DNA of 63,904 bases, counting the filler, from Caldilineae bacterium (GTDB lineage Bacteria > Chloroflexota > Anaerolineae > DTLA01): NCBI GenBank assembly GCA_037446815.1. It is 6 parts of 6 records of this genome, joined end to end, with 100 filler letters (N's around TTAATTAATTAA, not from the genome) between each part and the next. Parts side by side here need not be neighbours in the genome. Positions count along the whole stretch, not along the records: positions 1 to 12,210 come from JBBIHX010000079.1; 5 more parts are not named here. One strand, 5' to 3'. The notes beneath the pieces were generated by a model. That model was not told where the DNA came from and ran no database searches. It worked only from the letters and a program-made list of their open reading frames with translations. Positions 1-10,846 of this stretch are shown in pieces; position 1 is the stretch's first letter; each line of letters begins with the position of its first letter. The translations under genes and the position numbers were made by a program.

Positions 1-39
1 TGTGCTATAATCCCCCCGAGACCGCCATGCGGGGAGAAC

Positions 40-1476
<1,437 letters not shown>

Positions 1477-1574
1477 GCGCGACGCAACGCCGGCATTCCT
1501 GCCGCTGAGATGCAGAGATGAGGGAGAAACCGAGGAAGACTCTGCGCGCTGCGTCTCCGCGGTGAACCAACGAG

Positions 1575-1724
1575 GATTCGGTTCACAAAGTCTGTTGGCA
1601 TTTGTCATTGCGAGGGCGCAGAGCGCCCGAAGCAATCTCTGGGCGTGAGGTTGCTTCGCTTCGCTCGCAACGACACACGAGGAGAGTGTCCAGGCGTTTC
1701 ACCAACACAAGATGAAACCGACTC
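1575..1724. repeat. ~150-bp MITE/REP-like element (family A)
   Basis: GATTCGGTTC...GAAACCGACT imperfect terminal inverted repeats around a GTCATTGCGAG...GAAGCAATC / GTTGCTTCG...CTCGCAACGAC palindrome; near-identical inverted copy at 30229-30378. Confidence 0.85.
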
Positions 1725-1805
1725 CCAACGAGCGGTGATTTTGGCCTCTTCGCGGCACTATGTTATAATTCGCACAGACTGAGCCATGCTCTGCCGCCAG
1801 AAACA

Positions 1806-1906
1806 GATTCGGTTCCGAAGCCAGTTGTTGTCCACTGTCATTCTGAGCGGCGAAGCCGCGAAGAATCTCGCTAACCGAGATGCTTCGCCTTCGGCTCAGC
1901 ATGACA
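1806..1906. repeat. REP-like palindrome (family B)
   Basis: GTCATTCTGAGCGGCGAAGCCGCGAAGAATCTC...GAGATGCTTCG...CTCAGCATGAC; recurs near 21580, 21810, 24690, 36680, 48740, 48820, 56314, 56425, 60782, 60884, 61138. Confidence 0.85.
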
Positions 1907-2069
1907 GAAGAACGGAAAGGCTGCGCGCTGGACGGACCAATGCAAGATGGAACCGTGCCCAGAAACATCCATCACAAGGAGGTGATTGGAGACCTGAAGT
2001 ATCCGTTTCGGCTCAACGGCGAGCCACCATTCTCTTGGCGGAAAAACTAAAACAAAGGAGTTTTGAGCA

Positions 2070-3320
2070 ATGACCGAGAAATTGAATCCCTTCAAAATCG
2101 CACAGCAGCAGTTGGACGAGGCTGCAGCCATCCTGAAACTGGAACCCGGCATTCATGCCCTTCTCCGCGAGCCCATGCGCGAACTGCACGTTACCATTCC
2201 GGTGAAGATGGACGATGGCAGCGTCAAGGTGTTCAAGGGGTTCCGCGTCCAGTACAACGACGCGCGCGGCGCCACCAAGGGCGGCATCCGCTTCCACCCC
2301 GAAGAGACCATTGACACCGTGCGCGCGCTGGCCGCGTGGATGACGTGGAAGACGGCCGTCGTGGACATCCCGCTGGGCGGCGGCAAGGGCGGCGTCATCT
2401 GCAACCCGAAGGAAATGTCCCTGGGCGAACTGGAGCGGCTGAGCCGCGGCTACATTCGGGCCATCGCCAAGTTCATCGGCCCCGAGACCGACGTGCCCGC
2501 GCCGGACGTGTACACCAACCCGCAGATCATGGCCTGGATGATGGACGAGTACAGCATCATCACGGGCTACAACGTCCCGGGCGTCATCACCGGCAAGCCG
2601 TTGCCGCTGGGCGGCTCGGCGGGCCGCGGCGATGCGACCGCGCGGGGCGGCGTGTACACCATCCGCGAGGCCGCCAAGGTGCTCGGCCTGAACCTGAAAG
2701 GCGCGCCCTGCGCCATCCAGGGCTACGGCAATGCTGGCTACTTCGGCCACGTCCTCGCCGAGCAAATTCTAGGTATGAAGGTCGTCGCCGTCAGCGACTC
2801 CAAGGGCGGCATCTACAACCCGGCGGGACTGAATCCCAAGGCCGTCTCGGAGCACAAGGAGAAAACCGGCTCCGTGGTCAACTTCCCGGGCGCCAAGAAC
2901 ATCACCAACGAGGAACTGCTGGAACTGGACGTGATGGTGCTGATTCCCGCCGCGCTGGAGAATCAGATTACCGAGAAGAACGCCGCCAACATCAAGGCCA
3001 AGATCGTGGCCGAGTTCGCCAACGGCCCGACCACGCCCGAAGCCGACAAGATCCTGTTCGCCAACGGCGTCTATCTCATCCCTGACTTCCTGTGCAACGC
3101 GGGCGGCGTTACCGTCAGTTACTTTGAGCAGGTCCAGAACGCCTACGACTACTACTGGCCGATTGAAGAGGTTTACGAGAAACTGGACCGCAAGATGACG
3201 GCCGCTTTCCATGCCGTCCACGAGATGGCGCAGAAGCACAAGGTCAACAACCGCGTTGGGGCATACCTGGTGGCCGTGCACCGCGTGGCCGAGGCGATGA
3301 GGCTGCGTGGCTGGGCCTAG
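2070..3320 (+). CDS. gdhA: Glu/Leu/Phe/Val dehydrogenase (glutamate dehydrogenase)
   Basis: [36 protein letters not shown] Rossmann motif, [26 protein letters not shown]. Confidence 0.93.
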   Translation: MTEKLNPFKIAQQQLDEAAAILKLEPGIHALLREPMRELHVTIPVKMDDGSVKVFKGFRVQYNDARGATKGGIRFHPEETIDTVRALAAWMTWKTAVVDIPLGGGKGGVICNPKEMSLGELERLSRGYIRAIAKFIGPETDVPAPDVYTNPQIMAWMMDEYSIITGYNVPGVITGKPLPLGGSAGRGDATARGGVYTIREAAKVLGLNLKGAPCAIQGYGNAGYFGHVLAEQILGMKVVAVSDSKGGIYNPAGLNPKAVSEHKEKTGSVVNFPGAKNITNEELLELDVMVLIPAALENQITEKNAANIKAKIVAEFANGPTTPEADKILFANGVYLIPDFLCNAGGVTVSYFEQVQNAYDYYWPIEEVYEKLDRKMTAAFHAVHEMAQKHKVNNRVGAYLVAVHRVAEAMRLRGWA

Positions 3321-3345
3321 AAGCCATTCTTCGCCGTGACGCAAG

Positions 3346-3381
3346 AAGCGCCCTGGGTATGCCCCAGGGCGCTTTCTCGTT
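3346..3381 (+). terminator. Intrinsic terminator after gdhA
   Basis: AAGCGCCCTGGG-tatgc-CCCAGGGCGCTT followed by TCTCGTT. Confidence 0.65.
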
Positions 3382-3423
3382 CAACTGGAAACGTGTGCGA
3401 TGCCGAAAGGAGGGAACGCTGCT

Positions 3424-4014
3424 GTGAGCGAGTCGGTCGTACCCTGCGTGTACTTTGAGCGGGCCGGCCCCGCCAACACCGAGCGGACGCTGGAGAGCGC
3501 CAAGGCTCGGGCCGACGAACTGGGCATCCGCAGTATTCTCGTCGCCACGACGACCGGCGCGACCGGAGTGCGGGCCGCCGAAGTGTTTCGCGGCTACGAC
3601 CTGGTGGTGGTCTCCCACAGCCACGGATTCGCGACGCCCAACGTCCAGGAACTCACAGAGGCCAACCGCGCGGCCATCCTCGCCGCCGGCGCGAAACTCC
3701 TGACCTGCCAGCACGCCTTTGGTGGCATCAACCGGGCCGTGCGCAAGGAATTCGGCACGTACATGCTGGACGAACTCATCGCGTTCGCCCTGCGCAACTT
3801 CTCGCAGGGCGTGAAGGTGGGCGTGGAAATCGCCGTGATGGCCGCCGACGCGGGCCTGGTGCGCGTGGGCGAGCCGGCCATCACCGTCGCGGGCACGGGG
3901 CGCGGCGCGGACACAGCCATGGTCGTGCTCCCGGCCAACGCCCAGAACTTCTTTGACTTCCGCGTGCTGGAGATTCTTTGCAAGCCCAGGCTTGGGCGGC
4001 CGCTGAAGGGGTAG
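3424..4014 (+). CDS. Conserved hypothetical protein, stand-alone pyruvate kinase C-terminal (alpha/beta)-like domain (MTH1675/COG1751-like)
   Basis: YFERAGPANTERTL, VATTTGATG, FSQGVKVGVEIAVMAADAG, AGTGRGADTA; GTG start after AGGAGG. Confidence 0.8.
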   Translation: MSESVVPCVYFERAGPANTERTLESAKARADELGIRSILVATTTGATGVRAAEVFRGYDLVVVSHSHGFATPNVQELTEANRAAILAAGAKLLTCQHAFGGINRAVRKEFGTYMLDELIAFALRNFSQGVKVGVEIAVMAADAGLVRVGEPAITVAGTGRGADTAMVVLPANAQNFFDFRVLEILCKPRLGRPLKG

Positions 4015-4017
4015 CGC

Positions 4018-4935
4018 ATGGCGCAGGCTCGGCGATTCGCGCAAACCGTCGTCAGCGTCCTGCTGGTGGCATGTTGTCTGGCGCAGTGCGGCGCGCCCCA
4101 GCCCACCGCCGAGGGACAGCCGGCGGCGGTCAGCATCCAGCAGAAAGGCTCCGACACCCTCGTGAACCTGGCGCTGGCCTGGGCCGAAGAGTACATGCGC
4201 CTGCACCCCGAGGTGCGCATCTCCGTAACCGGCGGCGGCTCCGGCACGGGTATCGCCGCCCTCATCAACGGTACGGTGGACATCGCCAACGCCTCGCGGG
4301 AGATGAAGCCCGAGGAGATTGAGGAGGCCAAGAAAAACGGCCGCGCTCCGCGGGAATTCGTCGTCGCGTGGGACGCCATCGCCGTTGTCGTCCACCCATC
4401 CAATCCCGTGAACGGCCTGACCCTGCAACAAGTCTCCGACATTTACACGGGCAAGATCACCAACTGGCGGCAGGTGGGTGGCGAAGATCGGCCCATCGTG
4501 CTCCTGTCCCGCGAGTCCAACTCGGGCACCTATGTGTACTTCTTGGAGAACGTCGTCCGCCTGGGCGACCCCAAGAGCGACGCCCTGTTCTCCCCGGACA
4601 CGCTCCTCATGCCATCTTCCGAGGGCATCAGTGCCGAGGTGCGACAAAATCCCAACGCCATCGGCTACGACGGGCTGGGCTACGTAACGCCCGACCAGAA
4701 GACGCTGGCCATTGCGCGGGATGCGGGCGGCCCGTTCGTCTTGCCGTCCGCGGACACGGTCAACGACGGCACGTACCCCATCGCGCGGCCCCTGTACATG
4801 TACACGGTGGGCGAACCGAGCGCCCACGTGCGCGACTATCTCAATTGGATTCTGGGCGATGGGCAGCGGCTGGTGGCCGGTTTGGGGTTCGTGCCGCTGC
4901 GCCAATCCCCGACAGGAGGCTCGGCTTCGCCATGA
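4018..4935 (+). CDS. pstS: Phosphate ABC transporter substrate-binding lipoprotein
   Basis: Signal peptide with Cys, KGSDT, GGGSGTGI, SRESNSGT, YPIARPLYMY. Confidence 0.93.
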   Translation: MAQARRFAQTVVSVLLVACCLAQCGAPQPTAEGQPAAVSIQQKGSDTLVNLALAWAEEYMRLHPEVRISVTGGGSGTGIAALINGTVDIANASREMKPEEIEEAKKNGRAPREFVVAWDAIAVVVHPSNPVNGLTLQQVSDIYTGKITNWRQVGGEDRPIVLLSRESNSGTYVYFLENVVRLGDPKSDALFSPDTLLMPSSEGISAEVRQNPNAIGYDGLGYVTPDQKTLAIARDAGGPFVLPSADTVNDGTYPIARPLYMYTVGEPSAHVRDYLNWILGDGQRLVAGLGFVPLRQSPTGGSASP

Positions 4936-5828
4936 ACAAGATGCCGCGCACGCGCTGGACAGAGTTCGCCATAGAGTCCCTGATTCGGGTCATCGGCTTC
5001 TCCACGGTCGGGTTCGTCATCCTCATCTTCCTGTTCCTGCTCCGCGAGGGGGTGCCCGCTTTCGTCCAGATAGACCTGGGCAACCTGTTCGGCACCCGCT
5101 GGTACCCGACCTTTGGCCTGTTTGGGACGCTGCCGCTCATCCTCGGGTCGGCGCTTATCACGATTACGGCCATCGTCATCGCGCTGCCGCTGGGCGTGGC
5201 GACGGCGGTGTTTATCCGAGAGGTGGCCCCCAATTGGGCGCGCGAGGTTCTCAAGCCCATGATAGAAGTGCTGGCGGGGATTCCGTCGGTGGTGCTGGGA
5301 TTCTTCGGGATGACGCTGGTTGCCCCCATCGTGCGCGAGACCTTCGGCGCGCCGACGGGCCTGGTCGCGTTCACCGGCGCGCTCATCCTGGCGTACATGT
5401 CGCTCCCCACCATCATCAGCGTGGCCGAGGACGCGCTGGATGCCGTGCCCAAAGCCTATCGGGACGCGGGCCTTGCCATGGGCGCGACGCACTGGCAGAC
5501 CATTTGGCGCGTGGTGGTTCCGGCGGCGCGCTCGGGCATCGTTACCGCCGTCATGTTGGGCATGGGCCGCGCCATCGGCGAGACCATGGCGGTGATGATG
5601 GTTACCGGCAACGCGGCGCGCCTGCCCCTGGGCCTAGATGCCCTGTTCCGACCCGTGCGCACCATGACGGCGACCATCGCCGCGGAGATGGGCGAGGTGG
5701 CCCACGGCAGCGTGCACTACCATGCGCTGTTCGCCATCGGCATCATCCTCTTTCTCATCACGTTCGCCATCAACCTGGCGGCGGCGTCCACCATGTTCCG
5801 CAAGCGGCGGCGAGGAGGGCTGCGATGA
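4932..5828 (+). CDS. pstC: Phosphate ABC transporter permease PstC
   Basis: ATG overlaps pstS stop; EVLAGIPSVVLG, EAA loop, GRAIGETMAVMMVTGN, TIAAEMGE. Confidence 0.93.
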   Translation: MNKMPRTRWTEFAIESLIRVIGFSTVGFVILIFLFLLREGVPAFVQIDLGNLFGTRWYPTFGLFGTLPLILGSALITITAIVIALPLGVATAVFIREVAPNWAREVLKPMIEVLAGIPSVVLGFFGMTLVAPIVRETFGAPTGLVAFTGALILAYMSLPTIISVAEDALDAVPKAYRDAGLAMGATHWQTIWRVVVPAARSGIVTAVMLGMGRAIGETMAVMMVTGNAARLPLGLDALFRPVRTMTATIAAEMGEVAHGSVHYHALFAIGIILFLITFAINLAAASTMFRKRRRGGLR

Positions 5829-6685
5829 GGGTCGCGATGAGAAACCGCTTTCTCGTCCAACGGCTGGGGTTTGCGCTGCTGACGCTGGCCGCCCTCGTCG
5901 TCGTTCTCCCCATCCTCGCCGTGGTCATCACCATCTTCGCCCGAGGCGCAGCGGCCATCAACTGGGAGTTCCTGACCGCCATGCCCCGCGACGGAATGCG
6001 GGCCGGCGGCATCTTCCCCGCCATCGTGGGCACCATCGTGCTGACGCTCGGCACCGCCATCGTCGCCATCCCGCTGGGCGTGGGCGGGGCCATCTACCTG
6101 TCGGAGTACGCCCGCGACACGTGGCTCACCCGCTCCATACGGCTGGCCATCGTCAACCTGGCAGGCATCCCGTCGGTGGTCTACGGGCTGTTCGGGCTGG
6201 GGCTGTTCGTGCTCCTGCTGGGGTTCGGAACGTCCATCGTGGCGGGGTCGTTGACGCTGGCCATCATGACCCTGCCCATCATCATCAGCACGGCCGAGGA
6301 GGCGCTGCGAGCCGTGCCGACCGAGTTCCGCACCGTGAGCGCCAGTTTGGGCGGCACCCGCTGGCAGGGCATCCGATACATCGTGCTGCCCCAGGCGCTG
6401 CCGGGCATCATCACGGGCATCATCCTGGGCCTGCTGCGCGCCGCCGGCGAGACCGCGCCCATCCTGTTCACCGTGGCCGCATTCTACCTGCCGCGGCTGC
6501 CCCGGTCGCCGCTGGATCAGACGATGGCGCTGCCCTACCACCTGTACGTGGTCAGCACGCAGGTTCCAGGGATGCCGCCCAAGATTCAATTCGGCACGGC
6601 GCTGGTGCTCCTGGGGCTGGTGCTCTCGTTGAACATCGGCGCGACGATGATTCGCAGTTACTTCCGCCGACGGCGGCAGTGGTGA
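5825..6685 (+). CDS. pstA: Phosphate ABC transporter permease PstA
   Basis: ATGA overlap with pstC; GGIFPAIVGT, IYLSEY, NLAGIPSVVYGLFG, RAAGETAPI. Confidence 0.93.
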   Translation: MRVAMRNRFLVQRLGFALLTLAALVVVLPILAVVITIFARGAAAINWEFLTAMPRDGMRAGGIFPAIVGTIVLTLGTAIVAIPLGVGGAIYLSEYARDTWLTRSIRLAIVNLAGIPSVVYGLFGLGLFVLLLGFGTSIVAGSLTLAIMTLPIIISTAEEALRAVPTEFRTVSASLGGTRWQGIRYIVLPQALPGIITGIILGLLRAAGETAPILFTVAAFYLPRLPRSPLDQTMALPYHLYVVSTQVPGMPPKIQFGTALVLLGLVLSLNIGATMIRSYFRRRRQW

Positions 6686-6693
6686 GCGTGCCT

Positions 6694-7470
6694 ATGATTG
6701 CGGAGCGAGACGTGAACGAGGCCAAGATCGCAATTCAAGACGTGTCCTACGCCTACGGCAGCCAGGAGGTGCTGCGCCACATCACGCTGGACATCCCCGC
6801 GCGGGCCATCACCGTGCTGTTCGGGCCGGCGGGCGGCGGCAAGACGACGCTCCTTCGGCTCATCAATCGGCTCAACGATTTGGTGGAAGATGGCCGAATG
6901 TCGGGGCGCATCCTGCTGGACGGGGAGGACATCTACGCGCCCGGGTTTGACGTTCCGAGCCTGCGCCGCCGCGTGGGTATGGTCTTCGCCCTGCCCCTGC
7001 CGCTGCCGGGCACCATCCGCGAAAACGTAACCTATGGGCCGAAACTGGCGGGCATGCGAGACCGCGCCCGGCTGGAGGAAATCGTGGAGCGAAGCCTACG
7101 GCAGGCGGCCCTCTGGGATGAGGTCAAGGATCGCCTGGATAGCCCGGCCAATGCCCTGTCGGGCGGGCAGCAGCAGCGCCTGTGCATCGCCCGAAGCCTG
7201 GCCCTGGAGCCGGAGGTGGTGCTCCTGGACGAGCCGACGTCGGGCCTTGACCCCATCTCCACCGCGAAGGTGGAGGAATCGCTGCTCATCCTGAAGGAGC
7301 ACTACACGGTGGTCATCGTGCCGCACAGCGTGCAGCAGGCAAGCCGCATCGCCGACTACGCGGCCTTCTTCCTCATGGGCGAGTTGGTGGAGCACCAGCC
7401 GGGCAAGAGGATTTTCACCACGCCGCTGGACAAGCGCACGGAAGATTACGTTACAGGCCGATTCGGATAG
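6694..7470 (+). CDS. pstB: Phosphate ABC transporter ATPase PstB copy 1 (divergent Walker A, Q-loop and H-loop)
   Basis: [42 protein letters not shown]; start could be GTG 6682. Confidence 0.88.
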   Translation: MIAERDVNEAKIAIQDVSYAYGSQEVLRHITLDIPARAITVLFGPAGGGKTTLLRLINRLNDLVEDGRMSGRILLDGEDIYAPGFDVPSLRRRVGMVFALPLPLPGTIRENVTYGPKLAGMRDRARLEEIVERSLRQAALWDEVKDRLDSPANALSGGQQQRLCIARSLALEPEVVLLDEPTSGLDPISTAKVEESLLILKEHYTVVIVPHSVQQASRIADYAAFFLMGELVEHQPGKRIFTTPLDKRTEDYVTGRFG

Positions 7471-7475
7471 GGCGC

Positions 7476-8243
7476 ATGGACAAGATAAGAACCGAGCATC
7501 TGTATTTCTACTACGGCCGCAAGCAAGCCCTCTGGGACATCAACATCGCCATCCCGGAGCGGCACATCACGGCCCTCATCGGCCCGTCGGGGTGCGGGAA
7601 GTCCACGTTCCTGCGCTGCCTGAACCGCATGAACGACACCATCCCCCGCACCCGCGCCGAGGGCAAGGTGTACCTGGACGGGGAGGACATCTACAGCCCG
7701 GATACCAACGTCGTGGAACTTCGGCGGCGGGTGGGGATGGTGTTCCAGCGCCCCAATCCCTTCCCCGCGTCGGTCTTTGACAACGTGGCCTTTGGGCCGC
7801 GCGTGCTGGGCTTGTACGGGCGGTCGGAACTGGCCGACGTGGTGGAGGAGAGCCTGCGCAGCGCCGGCCTGTGGGATGAGGTGAAAGATAACCTCGGGCA
7901 GGACGCGCTGGCGCTGTCCCTGGGCCAGCAGCAGCGGCTGTGCATCGCCCGCGTCATCGCTGTCAAGCCGGAGGTCATCCTGATGGACGAGCCGTGCTCG
8001 GCGCTGGACCCCATCGCGACCCTGAAGATAGAGGATTTGATGCGGGCGCTCAGCAAGGAGTATACTATTGTCATCGTAACGCACAACATGCAGCAGGCGG
8101 CCCGCGCGTCGGACTTCACCGCGTTCATGCTGAGCGACGCGGAGCGCACGGGACAACTGATAGAGTTCGGGCCAACCGCCGACGTGTTCACCAGGCCCCG
8201 AGACAAGCGCACCGAGGACTATATCACCGGACGGTTCGGCTAA
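7476..8243 (+). CDS. pstB: Phosphate ABC transporter ATPase PstB copy 2
   Basis: [53 protein letters not shown]. Confidence 0.93.
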   Translation: MDKIRTEHLYFYYGRKQALWDINIAIPERHITALIGPSGCGKSTFLRCLNRMNDTIPRTRAEGKVYLDGEDIYSPDTNVVELRRRVGMVFQRPNPFPASVFDNVAFGPRVLGLYGRSELADVVEESLRSAGLWDEVKDNLGQDALALSLGQQQRLCIARVIAVKPEVILMDEPCSALDPIATLKIEDLMRALSKEYTIVIVTHNMQQAARASDFTAFMLSDAERTGQLIEFGPTADVFTRPRDKRTEDYITGRFG

Positions 8244-8262
8244 CGACAGGGGGTAAGACAAG

Positions 8263-8940
8263 ATGCGCAGGGCTTTTGACGAGGACCTTCAGGACTTGCA
8301 GAACCAGATGCTGGAACTGGGCAGCATGGTGGGCGAGGCGTTGGCCCGTTCCGTGGACGCGCTCAAGCGCCAGGACATGGAGGCGGCGCGCGAGGTTATT
8401 CGGAACGATGTGAAGATCAACGAGAAGCGGTTCGCCATTGAGGCCGACTGCCTGCGGCTCATCGCGACGCAGCAGCCCATGGCGCGCGACCTGCGCTCCA
8501 TCGCCGCCGTGCTGGAAATCATCACCGACCTGGAGCGGTGCGCCGACTACGCGGCTGGTATCAGCAAGATCACCCTCATGATCGGCAAGGAGCCGTTCAT
8601 CAAGCCGCTGATTGACATCCCGCGGATGCTGGAAAAGGACCTGTCCATGCTGGACCGCGCCCTGAAGGCGTTCGTGGATCGGGATGTGGAAGCAGCGCGC
8701 GGCATCGCGGCAGAGGACGACGAGGTGGACGCGCTCTACGACCAGATCAACAACGAGTTGATATCGTTCATGCTCCAGGACCCGCGGACGGTCCGCCAGG
8801 CAACGCGCCTGCTGTGGGTCGCCCACAACCTGGAGCGCTTCGCCGACCGCGTTACCAACATCTGCGAGCGGGTGGTGTTCACCGTTACCGGCGAAATGCG
8901 CGAGATGAACATCCAAGAGCCCGAAGTGGAACCGCAGTAG
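8263..8940 (+). CDS. phoU: Phosphate signalling complex protein PhoU
   Basis: QQPMARDLR, DLERCADY, DDEVDALY, LERFADRVTNICE. Confidence 0.95.
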   Translation: MRRAFDEDLQDLQNQMLELGSMVGEALARSVDALKRQDMEAAREVIRNDVKINEKRFAIEADCLRLIATQQPMARDLRSIAAVLEIITDLERCADYAAGISKITLMIGKEPFIKPLIDIPRMLEKDLSMLDRALKAFVDRDVEAARGIAAEDDEVDALYDQINNELISFMLQDPRTVRQATRLLWVAHNLERFADRVTNICERVVFTVTGEMREMNIQEPEVEPQ

Positions 8941-8967
8941 CGGCGCGGTCGCGCACCGAGGGCCAAG

Positions 8968-10818
8968 ATGAAGCGCGCCATCGTCATCGCGGCGATTCTC
9001 GCCCTTGTGCTCGCAGTCGGAGCGCCGGGCGGTGCGCGGCCGCCTCTCCCCCAAATCCGCTGGGTGAACGGCGTGGAGGATCCGACCGCGGGCGTCCGCG
9101 AAGGCCCGCCCTCCCGCCCCTCGCCCGACGTTCCTCTGGCCGACGTGGAGGATGTGCCCGCGTTCTTCGGGCGCTATCCATCGTCGGCGGAGGTCCGCGC
9201 CTTCCTAGACGGCCTGGCCCAGGAGTATCCGGGCCTCGCTACGCTACAGACCGTGGGCACATCGTGGCGCGGGCAGCCCATCGTGGGCATCCGCCTGGGG
9301 AATGAGGCGATGGGCGACCCCGATGTCCGTCCCGCGCTCTACCTGGACGGCCAGCACCATGCCCGCGAACCCATCTCCGCCCTGTGCGTGCTGTACACGG
9401 TGTGGTGGCTGCTCGCGCAGTACGGCCATGACCCCCTCGCCACCCACCTGCTGGACACGCGCACGGTCTACGCCATCCCCTCGGTCAACCCCGACGGGAA
9501 CGATGTCTGGCTCGCCGACAACTTCTCTCAGCGACGGAATGCGAATCCCACATGCTGCGACGACGACGGCGACGGCCTGGTGGACGAGGACCCGCCCAAT
9601 GCCATCGGCTGGGGCACGTTCCACGCCTATCTCTACATCTTTGACCCCGCATGGCTCGCCGCGCACCCGGACAATCCCTTCGTGGACAACTGGCAGGCCC
9701 ACGTTACGGGCATCGCGGACATGGGATTCGTGGACGCCCAGGGGAACCCCATCCCGCAGGTGGATGATGACGGGGACAGTTCCCGCCACGGGACAAACGA
9801 AGACCCCATCGGCGGCGTGGACCTGAATCGCAACTACGACGTCCACTGGGGATTGGGCGACCCCAAGATGTGGAGCGATGTGTACCGCGGCCCCGCCGTG
9901 TGGTCCGAGCCGGAGGTGCAGGCCGTGCGCGACTGGGTGCGGGCGCACCCCAATGTCGGCGTGGCGGCAACGCTGCATTCGGGGGCCGACCTGCTGCTTC
10001 ACCCGTGGGGTTGGGCCATGGATGAACGCTTGCCCGACGGCCAGGTGTACGAGCACATCGGGCGCAAGGCGTCGCAACTGACCGAGTGCTGCGGGTTCCT
10101 GGGCGCGCCCCACACGTGGACCGCGCGCGGGTTGTACACGGTGAGCGGCAGCGCCATGGATTGGCTCTACCTGCAGGGCATCTACGCCTTCTCGCCCGAG
10201 GTGTACGCGGCAAGCAACATCGCCCGCGCGACGCCCTACACCGCGCCGGGGATTGCGAACGCATTCCTGGCCTACACCAGCACAGGCGTCATGTTCAACC
10301 CGCCGGAAGACGGCATTGTCCAGGTCTGCGAGCGGTGGCGGCGATTTCTCGTGTACCTGCTGGCCGCGCTGCCCGCGCCGGTTTTCAACGAGGTGGCGAC
10401 GGAGGGGGATAGCCTTGTGGTGCGCGTTGCCAACAACGGAGGAATCGCGGCGGCCCTCGCGCTTGAGGCCGAGACCGACGACGGCGTGCGCTACTCCGTG
10501 GAGGCGCCGGGGCTACGGGGCAGGCAATTCACATGGCAACTGCCCCTGGAGCCGCTCCTGGGCCACACGCTCACGTTGACCGCCACCGCGACGATGAGCG
10601 TCGCCGGCGGGCCGCACCCGCTGCCCCCCGCCACGTTGCGCGTGCGCGTGGGCGAAGGCGGCGCGGAAGTGCTGGGCGGCCTCGTGTCGCCGCTGGCGTC
10701 GCTGGCGGGGTTCTTCGGCGCGGAGGGGTGGGAAGCGGACCCGCGCCGCTGGGACGGGGAGTATCATCTGGGGCCGCCCATCGGGTACAGGTGGGCGTTT
10801 CCCGTGTTCGCCCGATGA
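8968..10818 (+). CDS. Secreted M14-family zinc carboxypeptidase
   Basis: Signal peptide; HHARE (HxxE), NPDG, RRN, GVDLNRNY, SEPE, TLHS, SPEV; DxDxDG-like acidic loops. Confidence 0.85.
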   Translation: MKRAIVIAAILALVLAVGAPGGARPPLPQIRWVNGVEDPTAGVREGPPSRPSPDVPLADVEDVPAFFGRYPSSAEVRAFLDGLAQEYPGLATLQTVGTSWRGQPIVGIRLGNEAMGDPDVRPALYLDGQHHAREPISALCVLYTVWWLLAQYGHDPLATHLLDTRTVYAIPSVNPDGNDVWLADNFSQRRNANPTCCDDDGDGLVDEDPPNAIGWGTFHAYLYIFDPAWLAAHPDNPFVDNWQAHVTGIADMGFVDAQGNPIPQVDDDGDSSRHGTNEDPIGGVDLNRNYDVHWGLGDPKMWSDVYRGPAVWSEPEVQAVRDWVRAHPNVGVAATLHSGADLLLHPWGWAMDERLPDGQVYEHIGRKASQLTECCGFLGAPHTWTARGLYTVSGSAMDWLYLQGIYAFSPEVYAASNIARATPYTAPGIANAFLAYTSTGVMFNPPEDGIVQVCERWRRFLVYLLAALPAPVFNEVATEGDSLVVRVANNGGIAAALALEAETDDGVRYSVEAPGLRGRQFTWQLPLEPLLGHTLTLTATATMSVAGGPHPLPPATLRVRVGEGGAEVLGGLVSPLASLAGFFGAEGWEADPRRWDGEYHLGPPIGYRWAFPVFAR

Positions 10819-10846
10819 CGCCGCAGGCCACGCGCCGCCGCGCGCC

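Noticed and set aside
1976..1987. 16S rRNA 3' end (AAGGAGGTGAT)
   Set aside because: No flanking rRNA sequence; just a strong SD-like motif
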